DNA from: an uncultured Acidobacteriota bacterium
GTDB lineage: Bacteria > Acidobacteriota > Thermoanaerobaculia > Gp7-AA8
Direction: 5' to 3'
NCBI GenBank assembly: GCA_963741955.1
Contig: CAVUKB010000007.1
Span: forward strand, 1,184,001-1,248,000
Length of the DNA stretch: 64,000 nt
Numbering within the stretch: position 1 is the stretch's first letter; each line of letters starts with the position of its first letter. This document shows positions 39,326 to 49,159 of this stretch, piece after piece. The translations under genes and the position numbers were made by a program. The notes below the pieces were generated by a model. The model was given only the letters and a program-made list of their open reading frames with translations, was not told the origin of the DNA and searched no databases.

Positions 39326-40940
39326 CCTCGTTCAGGATCTGAGGGAACCGAACTATCTCACCGAGAGCCACGGCGTCCGGTCGTGGCTGCTGACGACCGA
39401 TCACAAGCGGATCGCGTGGCTCTACCTCGTCGCCATCACCTTCTTCTTCGTGATCGGAGGCATCGCGGCCCTCCTCATGCGGCTCGAGCTCCTCACCCCG
39501 CAGGGAGATCTGGTCACCGCATCGACGTACAACCGGCTCTTCTCGATCCACGGAATCATCATGGTCTGGTTCTTCCTGATTCCCTCCATTCCGGCGGTGA
39601 TCGGGAACTTCGTCATTCCGATCATGATCGGCGCTCGCGACGTCGCGTTCCCGAAGCTCAATCTTCTCTCCTGGTACATCTTCGTGATCGGTGGGATCTT
39701 CACCATCGTCACCGTGATCGGCGGGGGAGTGGATACCGGGTGGACGTTCTACACGCCATACAGCAGTACCTACTCCAACAGCAACGTCATGCTCGCCGCG
39801 ATCGGCGTCTTCATCACCGGCTTCTCGTCGATCCTCACCGCGCTCAATTTCATCGTCACCATCCACAAGATGCGGGCGCCGGGCCTCACCTGGTTCCGTC
39901 TTCCGCTCTTCATCTGGTCGATGTATGCGACGAGCCTGATCCTCGTGCTCGCCACGCCCGTGCTCGCGGTGACGCTCACCATGCTGATCCTCGAGAGGTT
40001 CTTCAGCATAGGATTCTTCGACCCGAAACTCGGAGGGGATCCTCTCCTTTTCCAGCACCTCTTCTGGTTCTATTCACATCCGGCGGTCTACATCATGCTG
40101 CTGCCGTCGATGGGCGTGGTCAGCGAGATCATTCCCTGCTTCGCGAGGCGGCGCATCTTCGGCTACAAGTTCATCGCTTTCTCCAGTCTCGCCATCGCAT
40201 TCCTCGGCTTTCTGGTCTGGGGACATCACATGTTCGTCAGCGGCCAGTCGATCTATGCCGGGATGATCTTTTCGCTGCTCAGTTTCGCCGTCGCAGTTCC
40301 ATCGGCCATCAAGGTCTTCAATTGGACCGCCACTCTGCGAAAGGGGAGCATCCATTTCGACACGCCAATGCTCTACATGCTCGGGTTCATCGGCCTCTTC
40401 ACCGTCGGCGGGATGACCGGGCTCTTTCTCGCCGCGCTCGGCATCGACGTCCACGTCACCGACACGTACTTCGTGGTCGCTCACTTCCACTACATCATGG
40501 TCGGCGGATCGGTGATGGGATACCTCGGCGCGATCCACTTCTGGTGGCCGAAGATGACCGGGAAGAAGTATCCCGAGATGTGGGGACGCGTCTCCGCGCT
40601 GATCGTCTTCGCCGGGTTCAATCTGACGTTCTTTCCGCAGTTCCTCCTCGGCTATGCCGGGATGCCGCGCCGGTACTACTCGTACGCGCCGGAGTTCCAG
40701 ATGCTCCACGTTCTCTCGACTGCGGGAGCTTCGATTCTCGGGCTCGGGTATCTCTTGCCGCTGCTCTATCTCGCGTGGGCCGCGAAGTACGGCGAGCCGG
40801 CAGGACCGAATCCCTGGAACGCGACAGGACTGGAATGGACCACTCCTTCGCCGCCGCCGAAACACAATCATCCGGTGACTCCCGTCGTGCGCGAGGGGCC
40901 GTACCACTATGCGGACGGAGCGGAGGTGCAGAGTGTCTGA
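39282..40940 (+). CDS. coxA: Cytochrome c oxidase subunit I (A2-type)
   Basis: [40 protein letters not shown]; exact start uncertain. Confidence 0.96.
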   Translation: MSSISVNAPKARTTDLVQDLREPNYLTESHGVRSWLLTTDHKRIAWLYLVAITFFFVIGGIAALLMRLELLTPQGDLVTASTYNRLFSIHGIIMVWFFLIPSIPAVIGNFVIPIMIGARDVAFPKLNLLSWYIFVIGGIFTIVTVIGGGVDTGWTFYTPYSSTYSNSNVMLAAIGVFITGFSSILTALNFIVTIHKMRAPGLTWFRLPLFIWSMYATSLILVLATPVLAVTLTMLILERFFSIGFFDPKLGGDPLLFQHLFWFYSHPAVYIMLLPSMGVVSEIIPCFARRRIFGYKFIAFSSLAIAFLGFLVWGHHMFVSGQSIYAGMIFSLLSFAVAVPSAIKVFNWTATLRKGSIHFDTPMLYMLGFIGLFTVGGMTGLFLAALGIDVHVTDTYFVVAHFHYIMVGGSVMGYLGAIHFWWPKMTGKKYPEMWGRVSALIVFAGFNLTFFPQFLLGYAGMPRRYYSYAPEFQMLHVLSTAGASILGLGYLLPLLYLAWAAKYGEPAGPNPWNATGLEWTTPSPPPKHNHPVTPVVREGPYHYADGAEVQSV

Positions 40941-41589
40941 GTCGGCATCGGTCGTAGCCGAGCAGTTCGACGACCTCGAACAGCAACGCGACGTGGCGCG
41001 CTTCGGGATGTGGGTCTTCCTGGTCACGGAAGTGCTCTTCTTCGGTGGCGCGATCACGTCGTACTGGGTCTACCGTCTCCTCTATCCGCACGCATGGCTG
41101 ATCGGAAGCTCGAAGCTGATGATCTACTGGATCGGGACGGTGAACACCGCTCTCCTTCTGATCAGCAGCTTCACCATGGCGCTCTCGGTCCATGAAGCAA
41201 AGGAGGGACGCCGGTGGCGTCTGGTGCTCTTTCTGATCACCACCATGATTCTGGGTCTCGCCTTCCTCGGACTGAAGTTCTACGAATACCACCTTCATTT
41301 CGCCGACGGGCTGGTGCCCGGGCCGAAGTTCTCCTACATCGGACCGGAACGGAGCCACGTGGAGCTCTTCTTCTCGTTCTACTACCTGATGACCGGGATG
41401 CATGCGCTGCACATGACGATCGGGATTCTCCTCCTCCTGGTGATGATCCTTTTCGCGCTCTCGGGAAAGATCACCAGCCGCTGGCATTCGCCGATCGTGA
41501 TCGTGGGGCTCTACTGGCATTTCGTCGACATCGTCTGGATCTTTCTCTACCCGTTCTTCTATCTGGTCGGAAGCAAGGGGGGCTCATGA
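40933..41589 (+). CDS. coxC: Cytochrome c oxidase subunit III
   Basis: [40 protein letters not shown]. Confidence 0.93.
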   Translation: MSESASVVAEQFDDLEQQRDVARFGMWVFLVTEVLFFGGAITSYWVYRLLYPHAWLIGSSKLMIYWIGTVNTALLLISSFTMALSVHEAKEGRRWRLVLFLITTMILGLAFLGLKFYEYHLHFADGLVPGPKFSYIGPERSHVELFFSFYYLMTGMHALHMTIGILLLLVMILFALSGKITSRWHSPIVIVGLYWHFVDIVWIFLYPFFYLVGSKGGS

Positions 41590-41882
41590 GCGAAGAAGTC
41601 ATCTCGCGAAAGACGTACGCCTGGGTCACCGTCGCACTCCTCATACTCCTCGGCGCGACGGCGGGCGCAGTGTGGATTCACATGGGACGCTTCAATACCG
41701 TCGTGGCGATCGGAATCGCGGTCATCAAGGCGCTGCTGGTGGTCACGTTCTTCATGGAGCTGAAGGTGAGTCCGAAACTCCTCTGGGTGGTGGCGATCGC
41801 CGGGGTGTTCTGGCTCACGATCATGTTCGGCCTCTTCTATGCAGACTACCTGACCCGCATCCCGATCATCCTCGGAGGGTGA
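41586..41882 (+). CDS. coxD: Cytochrome c oxidase subunit IV
   Basis: MSEEVIS start overlapping coxC stop; IKALLVVTFFMELK; ADYLTR. Confidence 0.88.
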   Translation: MSEEVISRKTYAWVTVALLILLGATAGAVWIHMGRFNTVVAIGIAVIKALLVVTFFMELKVSPKLLWVVAIAGVFWLTIMFGLFYADYLTRIPIILGG

Positions 41883-41963
41883 TCGCACCCTCTCCCCGTC
41901 CGGGTCACCGGTCCCCTCGTGGTCGAAGTTTCAAGGACCGCCGGCCGCTCTCACGCGCCGCAC

Positions 41964-42280
41964 GGACAGGTTGCGCCGCTCGTTCCGATCATCCATGCTC
42001 CAAAACTCTGGTACCTCGTTCCCACGAAGCGCGACTCATTCCTACTCGCGCAACCTCCTCAGCGCCGTAGGCGCGATTGACAGTAGCCCAGGGTGAAGGC
42101 GCTCCGCGCCGAAACCCTGGGAGGACGGACGCCACGACAATGACTGTTGTGCCTTGCCGAAATTCCGGCGGGCGCGACGCGTGCCCGCGATGCCGAAGAC
42201 ATCGCGTTGAACAAACGTTCTGCACGCGGCGTGACCGCCGAGGGCACGCGCCGGAATCGAAGTCCATCGTGGCCGAAGTT
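41964..42280 (+). repeat. Repeat family B, copy 1 (REP-like, about 300 bp)
   Basis: Contains GTAGCCCAGGGTGAAGGCG...CGCCGAAACCCTGGG hairpin; near-identical text at 43231, 44150 and 44490. Confidence 0.9.
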
Positions 42281-42375
42281 TCCCCCGATTCCGCGGCCCG
42301 TTTTGGAGCGTCCATGCGTCAGTCTTTGTCCGTTGGGACATCGAGCGTAGAACGGACGACCGGACGGCTAAAGCA

Positions 42376-42774
42376 TCACGAGTCGGTGAGAAGACGTTTG
42401 ATTCGTCTGACGAACTGTTCGGACTCTGCGACCAGGAGCTCAACCTCTTCCCTTTCGAACGACGAGAGAGCGAGGTAATCGGCTGCCTGCCGACGGTCGA
42501 ACAGAAGATCGAACGTCCTTCCCCATTTCGGTTCGAGCAGACCGGCCTTGACCAATTCCCGATGCACTGCAGCTCGCAATCAGGAATGTTTGACGAACTG
42601 ATGTCCCATCTGGAGGAGCACGGCGCTCGCAGAATAGAAGCATGCGTAATACGAACGGTTGACCGCGAACTCGAGTCGGCCGGCGTTCATCTCAGAGGTC
42701 GCCGACGCGATAGCCTGTTCCGCCCTGGAGATCCACTGAGACACGACTTCTGTGCGTGCCGGATCTTCCGTCAC
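42376..42774 (-). pseudogene. HEPN-domain toxin interrupted by an in-frame TGA at 42580-42582
   Basis: AVNRSYYACFY...KHS*LRAAVHRELVK...RQAADY; ORFs 42580..42933 and 42376..42579 share a frame; GTG start overlaps the MNT stop. Confidence 0.85.
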
Positions 42775-43115
42775 GCGGCGACCCCATCCTTTTCGATCTC
42801 GCGCCGAATCGGAAGAACTGCGTACGGCCCATGCAGCCAGTCCTCGCGCGAGACGATGACCGTGCTGATCACGACTTCGTGTTTCATTTCGAGGTCGAAC
42901 AACGCTTCGATCACCGAACGGTGCTCTCGCCACGAAAGTGAGCGCGAAGTCACCAACAGAAGATCGATGTCTGACTCGGGGTCGTCCGTCCCTCTGGCCT
43001 CTGAACCGAAGAGCACGATCTCCGCGACCGGGAATCGCTCCCGCAGCAGCGCGGCGGCGTCGCTGATGGCGCGGCGATCGCCCGCGGAAAGCTCGATCTG
43101 GTCGATCGATCTCAT
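42771..43115 (-). CDS. Minimal nucleotidyltransferase (MNT) antitoxin
   Basis: LFGSEARG...ESDIDLL motif; directly upstream of HEPN. Confidence 0.9.
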   Translation of the reverse strand: MRSIDQIELSAGDRRAISDAAALLRERFPVAEIVLFGSEARGTDDPESDIDLLLVTSRSLSWREHRSVIEALFDLEMKHEVVISTVIVSREDWLHGPYAVLPIRREIEKDGVAA

Positions 43116-43230
43116 GACTCGATTGTACTCCGAAGTGTCGCCTGGAGCCGGGTTGGTGCGACTCGGGGAGCTACTCGGAACGGGCCCGGCGCACCTCTTC
43201 ATGCGGGGCCCTGACGATAGGTACTCCGCC

Positions 43231-43485
43231 CCCACGAAGCGCCACTAGAACCTACTCGCGCAACCTCCTCAGCGCCGTAGGCGCGATTGACAGTAGCCCA
43301 GGGTGAAGGCGCTCCGCGCCCGAACCCGGGGAGGACGGACGCCACGACAATGACTGTTGTGCCTTGCCGAAATTCCGGCGGGCGCGACGCGTGCCCGCGA
43401 TACCCTGGCCACCGCACTGAAGAAAGTCTGGCACGCGGCATGACCGGCGAGGCGAGTCGCCGAAATGCCCTCATGGCCGAAGATT
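43231..43485 (+). repeat. Repeat family B, copy 2
   Basis: CCCACGAAGCGC...CCTACTCGCGCAACCTCCTCAGCGCCGTAGGCGCGATTGACAGTAGCCCAGGG... matches copy 1. Confidence 0.9.
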
Positions 43486-43571
43486 CCCCAAAAGTGAATC
43501 GCGGTCGGAGCCACCCCTCCCTCCCTGAATCCGGGGATCACCGTAGGCCCGCCCCCGAGGTAGAATCAGCC

Positions 43572-43829
43572 GTGCCCGTCATCAGCAGGTTTTTCGGAAT
43601 CGTGATCGCGATGAACTATCGCGAACACGGCCCTCCTCACTTCCATGCCTGGTACTCCGGGAGAGAAGTCACGTTCCGGATCGAAGATGGGGTGGTGACC
43701 GGTGAAATGTCGGGACGGGCCCTGATGCTTATCAGAGAGTGGTGGCAGATGCACCGCGACGAGCTCGAGGATAACTGGGATCGCGCGCAGCAACGCATTC
43801 CGCTGCGCCCGATCGATCCGCTGGAGTAG
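43572..43829 (+). CDS. DUF4160 family protein (putative TA component)
   Basis: MPVISRFFGIVIAM, EHGPPHFHAWY, EWWQMHRDELEDNW, IDPLE. Confidence 0.9.
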   Translation: MPVISRFFGIVIAMNYREHGPPHFHAWYSGREVTFRIEDGVVTGEMSGRALMLIREWWQMHRDELEDNWDRAQQRIPLRPIDPLE

Positions 43830-43831
43830 CC

Positions 43832-44074
43832 ATGCACTACACGGTGACTGACGCGAATTACGTGAAGGATTACGTGATCCATCTGCGTTTTGCCGATGGC
43901 AGCGAGGGAGACGTCGACCTGTCGGCCGAGCTCTGGGGCGAGGTTTTCGAGCCGCTGAAGGATCCGGCGTTGTTTCGGTCATTTACGGTCGCCGAGTACG
44001 GCACCATCGCGTGGCCGAACGGCGCAGATTTCGCTCCGGAATTTCTCTACGCGCGGGTTCACGTTCCCGCCTGA
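43832..44074 (+). CDS. DUF2442 family protein (putative TA component)
   Basis: LRFADGSEGDVDL, GEVFEPLKD, TIAWPNGADFAPEFLY. Confidence 0.9.
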   Translation: MHYTVTDANYVKDYVIHLRFADGSEGDVDLSAELWGEVFEPLKDPALFRSFTVAEYGTIAWPNGADFAPEFLYARVHVPA

Positions 44075-44149
44075 GCCCCTCGCGGGAATCGCGATTCGCG
44101 GGAGGTTTCAAGCACCACCCATCCCACCCGCCCCGCACGCCCATGCCGC

Positions 44150-44666
44150 ACCGCTCATCCCGAACATCCGTGCTCCAAAACTTTGGTACCCCGTTCCCAC
44201 GAAGCGCCACTCGAACCCACTCGCGCAAACTCCCTGAGCGCCGTACGCGCGATTGACAGTAGCCCAGGGTGAAGGCGCTGCGCGCCGAAACCCTGGGAGG
44301 ACGGACGCCACGACAATGACAGTTGTGCCTTGCCGAATATCCGGCGGGCGCGACGGGTGCCCGCGATACCGGAGCCATCACGTCGAACGATGTTCTGCAC
44401 GCGGCGTGACCGCCGAGGGCACGCGCCGGAATCGAGGCCCCTCGTGGCCGAAGATTCAAGAACTCCCGCCCGCCCTTCAATCGCCGCCCGGACAGGTTGC
44501 GCCGCTCATCCCGAACATCCGTGCTCCAAAACTTTGGTACCCCGTTCCCCCGAAGCACCACTCACCACCACTCGCGCAACCTCCCGAGCGCCGTAGGCGC
44601 GATCGAAAGTCGCTCAGGGTGAAGGCGCTTCGCGCCGAAACCCTGGGAGGACGGACGCCACGACAA
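44150..44666 (+). repeat. Repeat family B, copies 3 and 4 (copy 4 truncated, lacks ATTGACAGTAG)
   Basis: CCGCTCATCCCGAACATCCGTGCTCCAAAACTTTGGTACCCCGTTCCC occurs near 44151 and 44502, each followed by the family B hairpin. Confidence 0.88.
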
Positions 44667-45269
44667 CTACGGCGTCGTCACCACCATCGCGCCGCAGCGG
44701 TTCCGCCCTTTCCTTCGATACGAATGCGGGACCGACGCATCGAAGTAGATCGAGTCGCCTTCGTCCAGCTCGTGTTCCGCCCGGCCGATCGTGATTGCGA
44801 GGCGGCCGTTCAGGACGTGCAGAAACTCCACGCCGGCATGGACGTGCGGCACCGCGTCCTCCGCCGCCACCGGCTGGAACTCCGCGTAGTACGCGTTGAG
44901 CTTTCTCTCGTTTGCCGTGAAGTCGAGGCTCTCGAAAAAATACGACACCGCGCCGCCGTCCGGCTGATCCGGAAACCGCTGGCGCTCGCCCCGGCGCACG
45001 ATCGACACGACCTGCCGCTTCGACTCGTCCCGGAAGAAGTAGTCGAGCCCGACCCCGAAGACCATCGCGATCCGGAGCAGCGTCGGCAGCGGCGGATAGA
45101 TGTTGGACCGCTCGATCTTCGACAGGAGCGCCGCGGAGAGCCCGGTGTGTCGTCCCAGTTCCACCAGCGCCATCTTCTTTCTCAGCCGGAGAGCCCGAAC
45201 CTTCTCTCCGATCTCGTAGTCCCTCAGCCCCTCTTCGAGCGTGCTCGACAGCATCCTTTTCCTCCCCAT
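44667..45269 (-). CDS. XRE family regulator with C-terminal cupin domain
   Basis: IGEKVRALR...LSKIER...PPLPTLLRIA HTH; HVHAGVEF...GDSIYFDASVPHSY. Confidence 0.9.
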   Translation of the reverse strand: MGRKRMLSSTLEEGLRDYEIGEKVRALRLRKKMALVELGRHTGLSAALLSKIERSNIYPPLPTLLRIAMVFGVGLDYFFRDESKRQVVSIVRRGERQRFPDQPDGGAVSYFFESLDFTANERKLNAYYAEFQPVAAEDAVPHVHAGVEFLHVLNGRLAITIGRAEHELDEGDSIYFDASVPHSYRRKGRNRCGAMVVTTP

Positions 45270-45413
45270 CGCAGATCGTTTTCACCACGCGACTCAGACC
45301 CGGGCGCGATTCTCACCTCAGGAAAACGACTTCGCTGCGTCTACTGACATTCAAAGCAATTCTCACTATCTTCAACTCACCGTCGCAAGTCAAGACGGGA
45401 AAGGAGAAGGAAG

Positions 45414-45896
45414 ATGAAACGAATCGCAATGACCTCACTCGCAGTGCTGCTCGTCACGGGGACACTTTTCGCGGGCGGGGCCCCGAAGAAAGACATCGTC
45501 GATACGGCGGTCGCGGCGGGCTCGTTCTCGACACTCGCAACCGCGCTGCAGGCGGCCGGCCTGGTCGACACTCTCAAGGGACCCGGCCCGTTCACCGTCT
45601 TCGCGCCGACCGACGCGGCGTTCGCGAAACTCCCGGCGGGGACTCTCGAGACCCTCCTCCAGCCGCAGAACAAGGCGAAGCTCCGGGCCATCCTCACCTA
45701 CCACGTCGTCGCCGGATCCGTCCCGTCGTCGGAAGTCGTCAAACTGAAGCACGCCAAAACGCTCAACGGGGAGTCGGTCTCGATCGAGGCCACCAAGGCC
45801 GGCGTCACCATCGACGGTGCGAACGTCGTCAAGGCCGACATCCAGGCGAGCAACGGAGTCATTCACGTCATCGATTCGGTGATCCTGCCGAAGTAA
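45414..45896 (+). CDS. Secreted fasciclin (FAS1) domain protein
   Basis: [38 protein letters not shown]. Confidence 0.94.
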   Translation: MKRIAMTSLAVLLVTGTLFAGGAPKKDIVDTAVAAGSFSTLATALQAAGLVDTLKGPGPFTVFAPTDAAFAKLPAGTLETLLQPQNKAKLRAILTYHVVAGSVPSSEVVKLKHAKTLNGESVSIEATKAGVTIDGANVVKADIQASNGVIHVIDSVILPK

Positions 45897-45928
45897 CCCG
45901 GCGGACCCATAATTGAAAGGAGATCAAC

Positions 45929-46144
45929 ATGAGAAGCATTGATGTCGTCGCTGCCGTTCTTCTGGTCGTCGGAGGTCTGAACTGGGGTCTCGTCGGCGCC
46001 GCGGATTTCAACCTCGTCGCCGCACTCGTCGGAGCGGGCACTCCGCTCGCACGAATCGTCTACGCGCTGGTCGGTCTTTCGGCGCTGTACCAGATCGCTT
46101 CGATCCGTCTGATTCAGCGCCGCTGGGGCGTCGCAACGCGCTGA
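45929..46144 (+). CDS. DUF378 family small membrane protein
   Basis: LLVVGGLNWGLVG...IVYALVGLSALY. Confidence 0.9.
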   Translation: MRSIDVVAAVLLVVGGLNWGLVGAADFNLVAALVGAGTPLARIVYALVGLSALYQIASIRLIQRRWGVATR

Positions 46145-46147
46145 TCG

Positions 46148-47569
46148 ATGCGAATCCTCGTCACAGGTGCGACCGGCTACATCGGCGGACGGCTGATTCC
46201 GCGACTGCTCGCCGCGGGTCACGCCGTACGGGTCATGGTGCGCGACGCATCGCGCATCGCCGGCCGCCCCTGGTTGCCGGATGTCGAAGTCGCGGTCGGG
46301 GATGTCCTCGACCGCGACTCGCTCGTCCGGGCGCTCGAAGGCGCCGACCAGGCGTTCTATCTCATTCACTCGATGATGGCCGCCGGCTTCGAGACGCTCG
46401 ACCGCAGCGGCGCGGAGAACTTCGGCTCCGCCGCTCCCTCCACTCTCCGCAAAGTCATCTACCTCGGCGGACTCCTTCCGAAAGGCGAACAGCGCTCGAA
46501 ACACCTTCGCAGCCGCGCCGAAGTCGGATCGACGCTCGCGCGCTCGCTTCCGGTGCTCGAGTTCCGCGCCGGTCCGATCATCGGCTCCGGCTCTGCGTCG
46601 TTCGAGATGGTGCGGTATCTCACCGAGCGACTCCCCGCGATGGTCGCGCCACGGTGGATCGACAACCAGGTGCAGCCGATCGCGATCGACGACGTCCTGC
46701 GATATCTCGTCGCCGCCGTGGACCGCGACGAGACCGGCGTGGTGGAGATCGGCGCCGATCGCCTCACCTTCCGGCAGATGATGCAGGGCTACGCGAGCAT
46801 CCGCGGACTGCGGCGCATCATCGTTCCCGTCCCTGTGCTCGCGCCGCGCGTGGCCGGATTGTGGGTCGGGCTCGTGACTCCGATTCCGAACAGCCTCGCC
46901 GTTCCCCTGATGGAAGGGATCGTCGAGCCGGTGCTCGCCGACACCTCACGCGCGCGCGCCATGATGCCCGCCATCGATCCGATGACGTATCGCGAGGCGG
47001 TGTCGGCGGCGCTGGAAGAAGCCGAGGACGCAGAGACGCGATGGAGCGGCGCGCTGCATGCGACGAATGTGGTCGAGCTCACCGATCGCGAAGGTGCGAT
47101 CCGCGAGGTCCGAAGCATCGAAGTCGGCGCGCCGCCCTCGCGCGTGTTCGACTCCTTCACGTCGCTCGGAGGCGCCCGGGGCTGGCTGGCGTGGAATGGA
47201 GCGTGGTGGCTGCGCGGTGCGCTCGACCGTCTCGTCGGGGGGCCGGGCCTGCGCCGCGGACGCCGGCATCCGCAGCATCTCCTGCCGGGCGAAGCTCTCG
47301 ATTTCTGGCGCGTCGACTCGATCGAGCACGACAGGCTCCTGCGGCTGCGCGCCGAGATGAAGGTTCCCGGCGACGCCTCCCTGCAGTGGGAGGTCGCGGC
47401 AGAAGGATCGGGGTCACGTCTCGTACAGACCGCGATGTTCGTCCCGCGCGGCCTCGCCGGCGTGCTCTACTGGTATCTCCTCTACCCGCTGCACGCGCGG
47501 ATCTTCAGTGATCTCGCCAGCGCGATCGCTCGAGATGCGGAAACGCGGGAGCACGAGAGCACATCGTGA
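46148..47569 (+). CDS. Atypical SDR oxidoreductase with DUF2867 domain (YbjT-like)
   Basis: VTGATGYIGG, IIGSGSASFE, DFWRV, LRAEMKVPG, GVLYWY. Confidence 0.9.
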   Translation: MRILVTGATGYIGGRLIPRLLAAGHAVRVMVRDASRIAGRPWLPDVEVAVGDVLDRDSLVRALEGADQAFYLIHSMMAAGFETLDRSGAENFGSAAPSTLRKVIYLGGLLPKGEQRSKHLRSRAEVGSTLARSLPVLEFRAGPIIGSGSASFEMVRYLTERLPAMVAPRWIDNQVQPIAIDDVLRYLVAAVDRDETGVVEIGADRLTFRQMMQGYASIRGLRRIIVPVPVLAPRVAGLWVGLVTPIPNSLAVPLMEGIVEPVLADTSRARAMMPAIDPMTYREAVSAALEEAEDAETRWSGALHATNVVELTDREGAIREVRSIEVGAPPSRVFDSFTSLGGARGWLAWNGAWWLRGALDRLVGGPGLRRGRRHPQHLLPGEALDFWRVDSIEHDRLLRLRAEMKVPGDASLQWEVAAEGSGSRLVQTAMFVPRGLAGVLYWYLLYPLHARIFSDLASAIARDAETREHESTS

Positions 47570-47773
47570 GCGGGCCGGCGCAATCCGCAGGCCTGCAAGA
47601 CGATCCAGGGCTCGAGATTCACTGAAGCGGAAGGAACGTCCCCACTTCGCATACGAAGTTCCCGGCAGTGCTTCCAGTCGTGAAAGAATGACGGGAGCGC
47701 CCGGTCACTCGACCGTGGCAGATCCGATCGCACCCGCTCCCGGAGAGCAGACCGGATCGAGAAGGAGAGAGTC

Positions 47774-48169
47774 ATGAAGGGTTTTGTGGACGACATCGAA
47801 CATCTGACTGAATCGAACGACGACTTCCGTCGCGTGCTCTACACCGGAAAGAACCTGCAGCTCGTGCTGATGTCGCTGAAACCGGGCGAGGAGATCGGCG
47901 AAGAAGTGCACCACGACCGGGATCAGTTCTTTCGATTCGAAGCGGGAGAAGGTGAAGTGCTCATCGACGGCAACCGCAGCGCCGTCCATGCGGACATGGC
48001 GGTGATCGTACCGGCCGGCGCCCGCCACAACGTCACGAACACCGGCGGCGGGCCGCTCAAGGTGTACACGATCTACGGCCCGCCGGAGCACAAGAACGGC
48101 ACCGTACACCGGACCAAAGCCGACGCCGACAGCCACGAGGAGCACTTCGACGGAAAGACATCCGAGTAG
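47774..48169 (+). CDS. Cupin domain protein
   Basis: NDDFRRVLYTG, LQLVLMSL, EIGEEVH, DQFFRFE, HNVTN, YTIYGPPEH. Confidence 0.9.
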   Translation: MKGFVDDIEHLTESNDDFRRVLYTGKNLQLVLMSLKPGEEIGEEVHHDRDQFFRFEAGEGEVLIDGNRSAVHADMAVIVPAGARHNVTNTGGGPLKVYTIYGPPEHKNGTVHRTKADADSHEEHFDGKTSE

Positions 48170-49159
48170 GTGCGACAGGCGCTCGGGGGCCGAAGTGTCA
48201 AGGACCGCTGCTGGTCTTCATGCGCCACACGGAGCCGTCGCCTTACTCGCCCGGACGGTTGGCGCTCTAAAGTTTTGGCGCCTCGTCCCGACGAAGTATC
48301 ACCATACCCACTCGCGCGGGCTTCACCCTCTCCCCGTCCGGGGTCATGTCTTCAGTCGAGGCACGACTTTCGGGGAGAGGGAAGGGTGAGGGGCAACCCT
48401 GAGAGTTGAATTCGAGGCCGCAGCCGGATATCACTCCTGTTCGCACACGCGCCGAGGAGTGCGGATCCAGCCCTGCAGTCCGCCGCGCAAATCATGTTGT
48501 CCGCGATGAAGAGGAAGGTTGTGGCTTCCGCGAAGCGTCGGTAATCCTCGCGCTCAGCTCCGCTTCTGCCGCATGGCGAGGGGCGCCCCTCGGGGCCCGA
48601 GGTTCGGGGCGCGGGGCTCGAGCTAGGAGCCTCGAAGCTCGGAGAATGACGAGATCCGGATCGGAAGATTTCAATCCCTGGAACGGCACGCGGCACGTGC
48701 GCACCCTCTCCCCGTCCGCACCCACACAACTTCAGCCGAGATCCGCCCTTCGGGGAGAGGGAAGGGTGAGGGGCAACCCCGAGAGTTGAATTCGAGGCCT
48801 TAGCCACTCGCCTCGTCTACGCGTGAATCATGTTATCCGCGATGAAGAGGGAAATTGCGGCTCCCGTGAAGCGTCGGTAATCCTCGCGCCCAGCCGCTTC
48901 TGCCGCATGGCGAGGGGCGGCACGGCTTCCGCCGTGCCGGCCGCGGCGCCCCTCGGGGGCCGAGGTTCGGGGCGCGAGGCTTGGGATTCGGGATTCGGAG
49001 AATGACGAGATCCGGATTGGGAGTCTTCAATCCCTGGAACGGCACGCGGCACGTGCGCACCCTCTCCCCGTCCGCACCCACACAACTTCAGCCGAGATCC
49101 GCCCTTCGGGGAGAGGGAAGGGTGAGGGGCAACCCCGAAAGTTGAATTCGAGGCCTTAG

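Noticed and set aside
42580-42582. Selenocysteine or alternative-code readthrough of the HEPN TGA
   Set aside because: The position corresponds to Gly, not Cys, and TGA is used as a normal stop by many genes in the window.
41964-44666. Classical integron with attC sites
   Set aside because: No tyrosine integrase in the window; repeats are far longer than attC sites, no RYYYAAC/GTTRRRY ends were recognised, and the gene pairs lie in both orientations.
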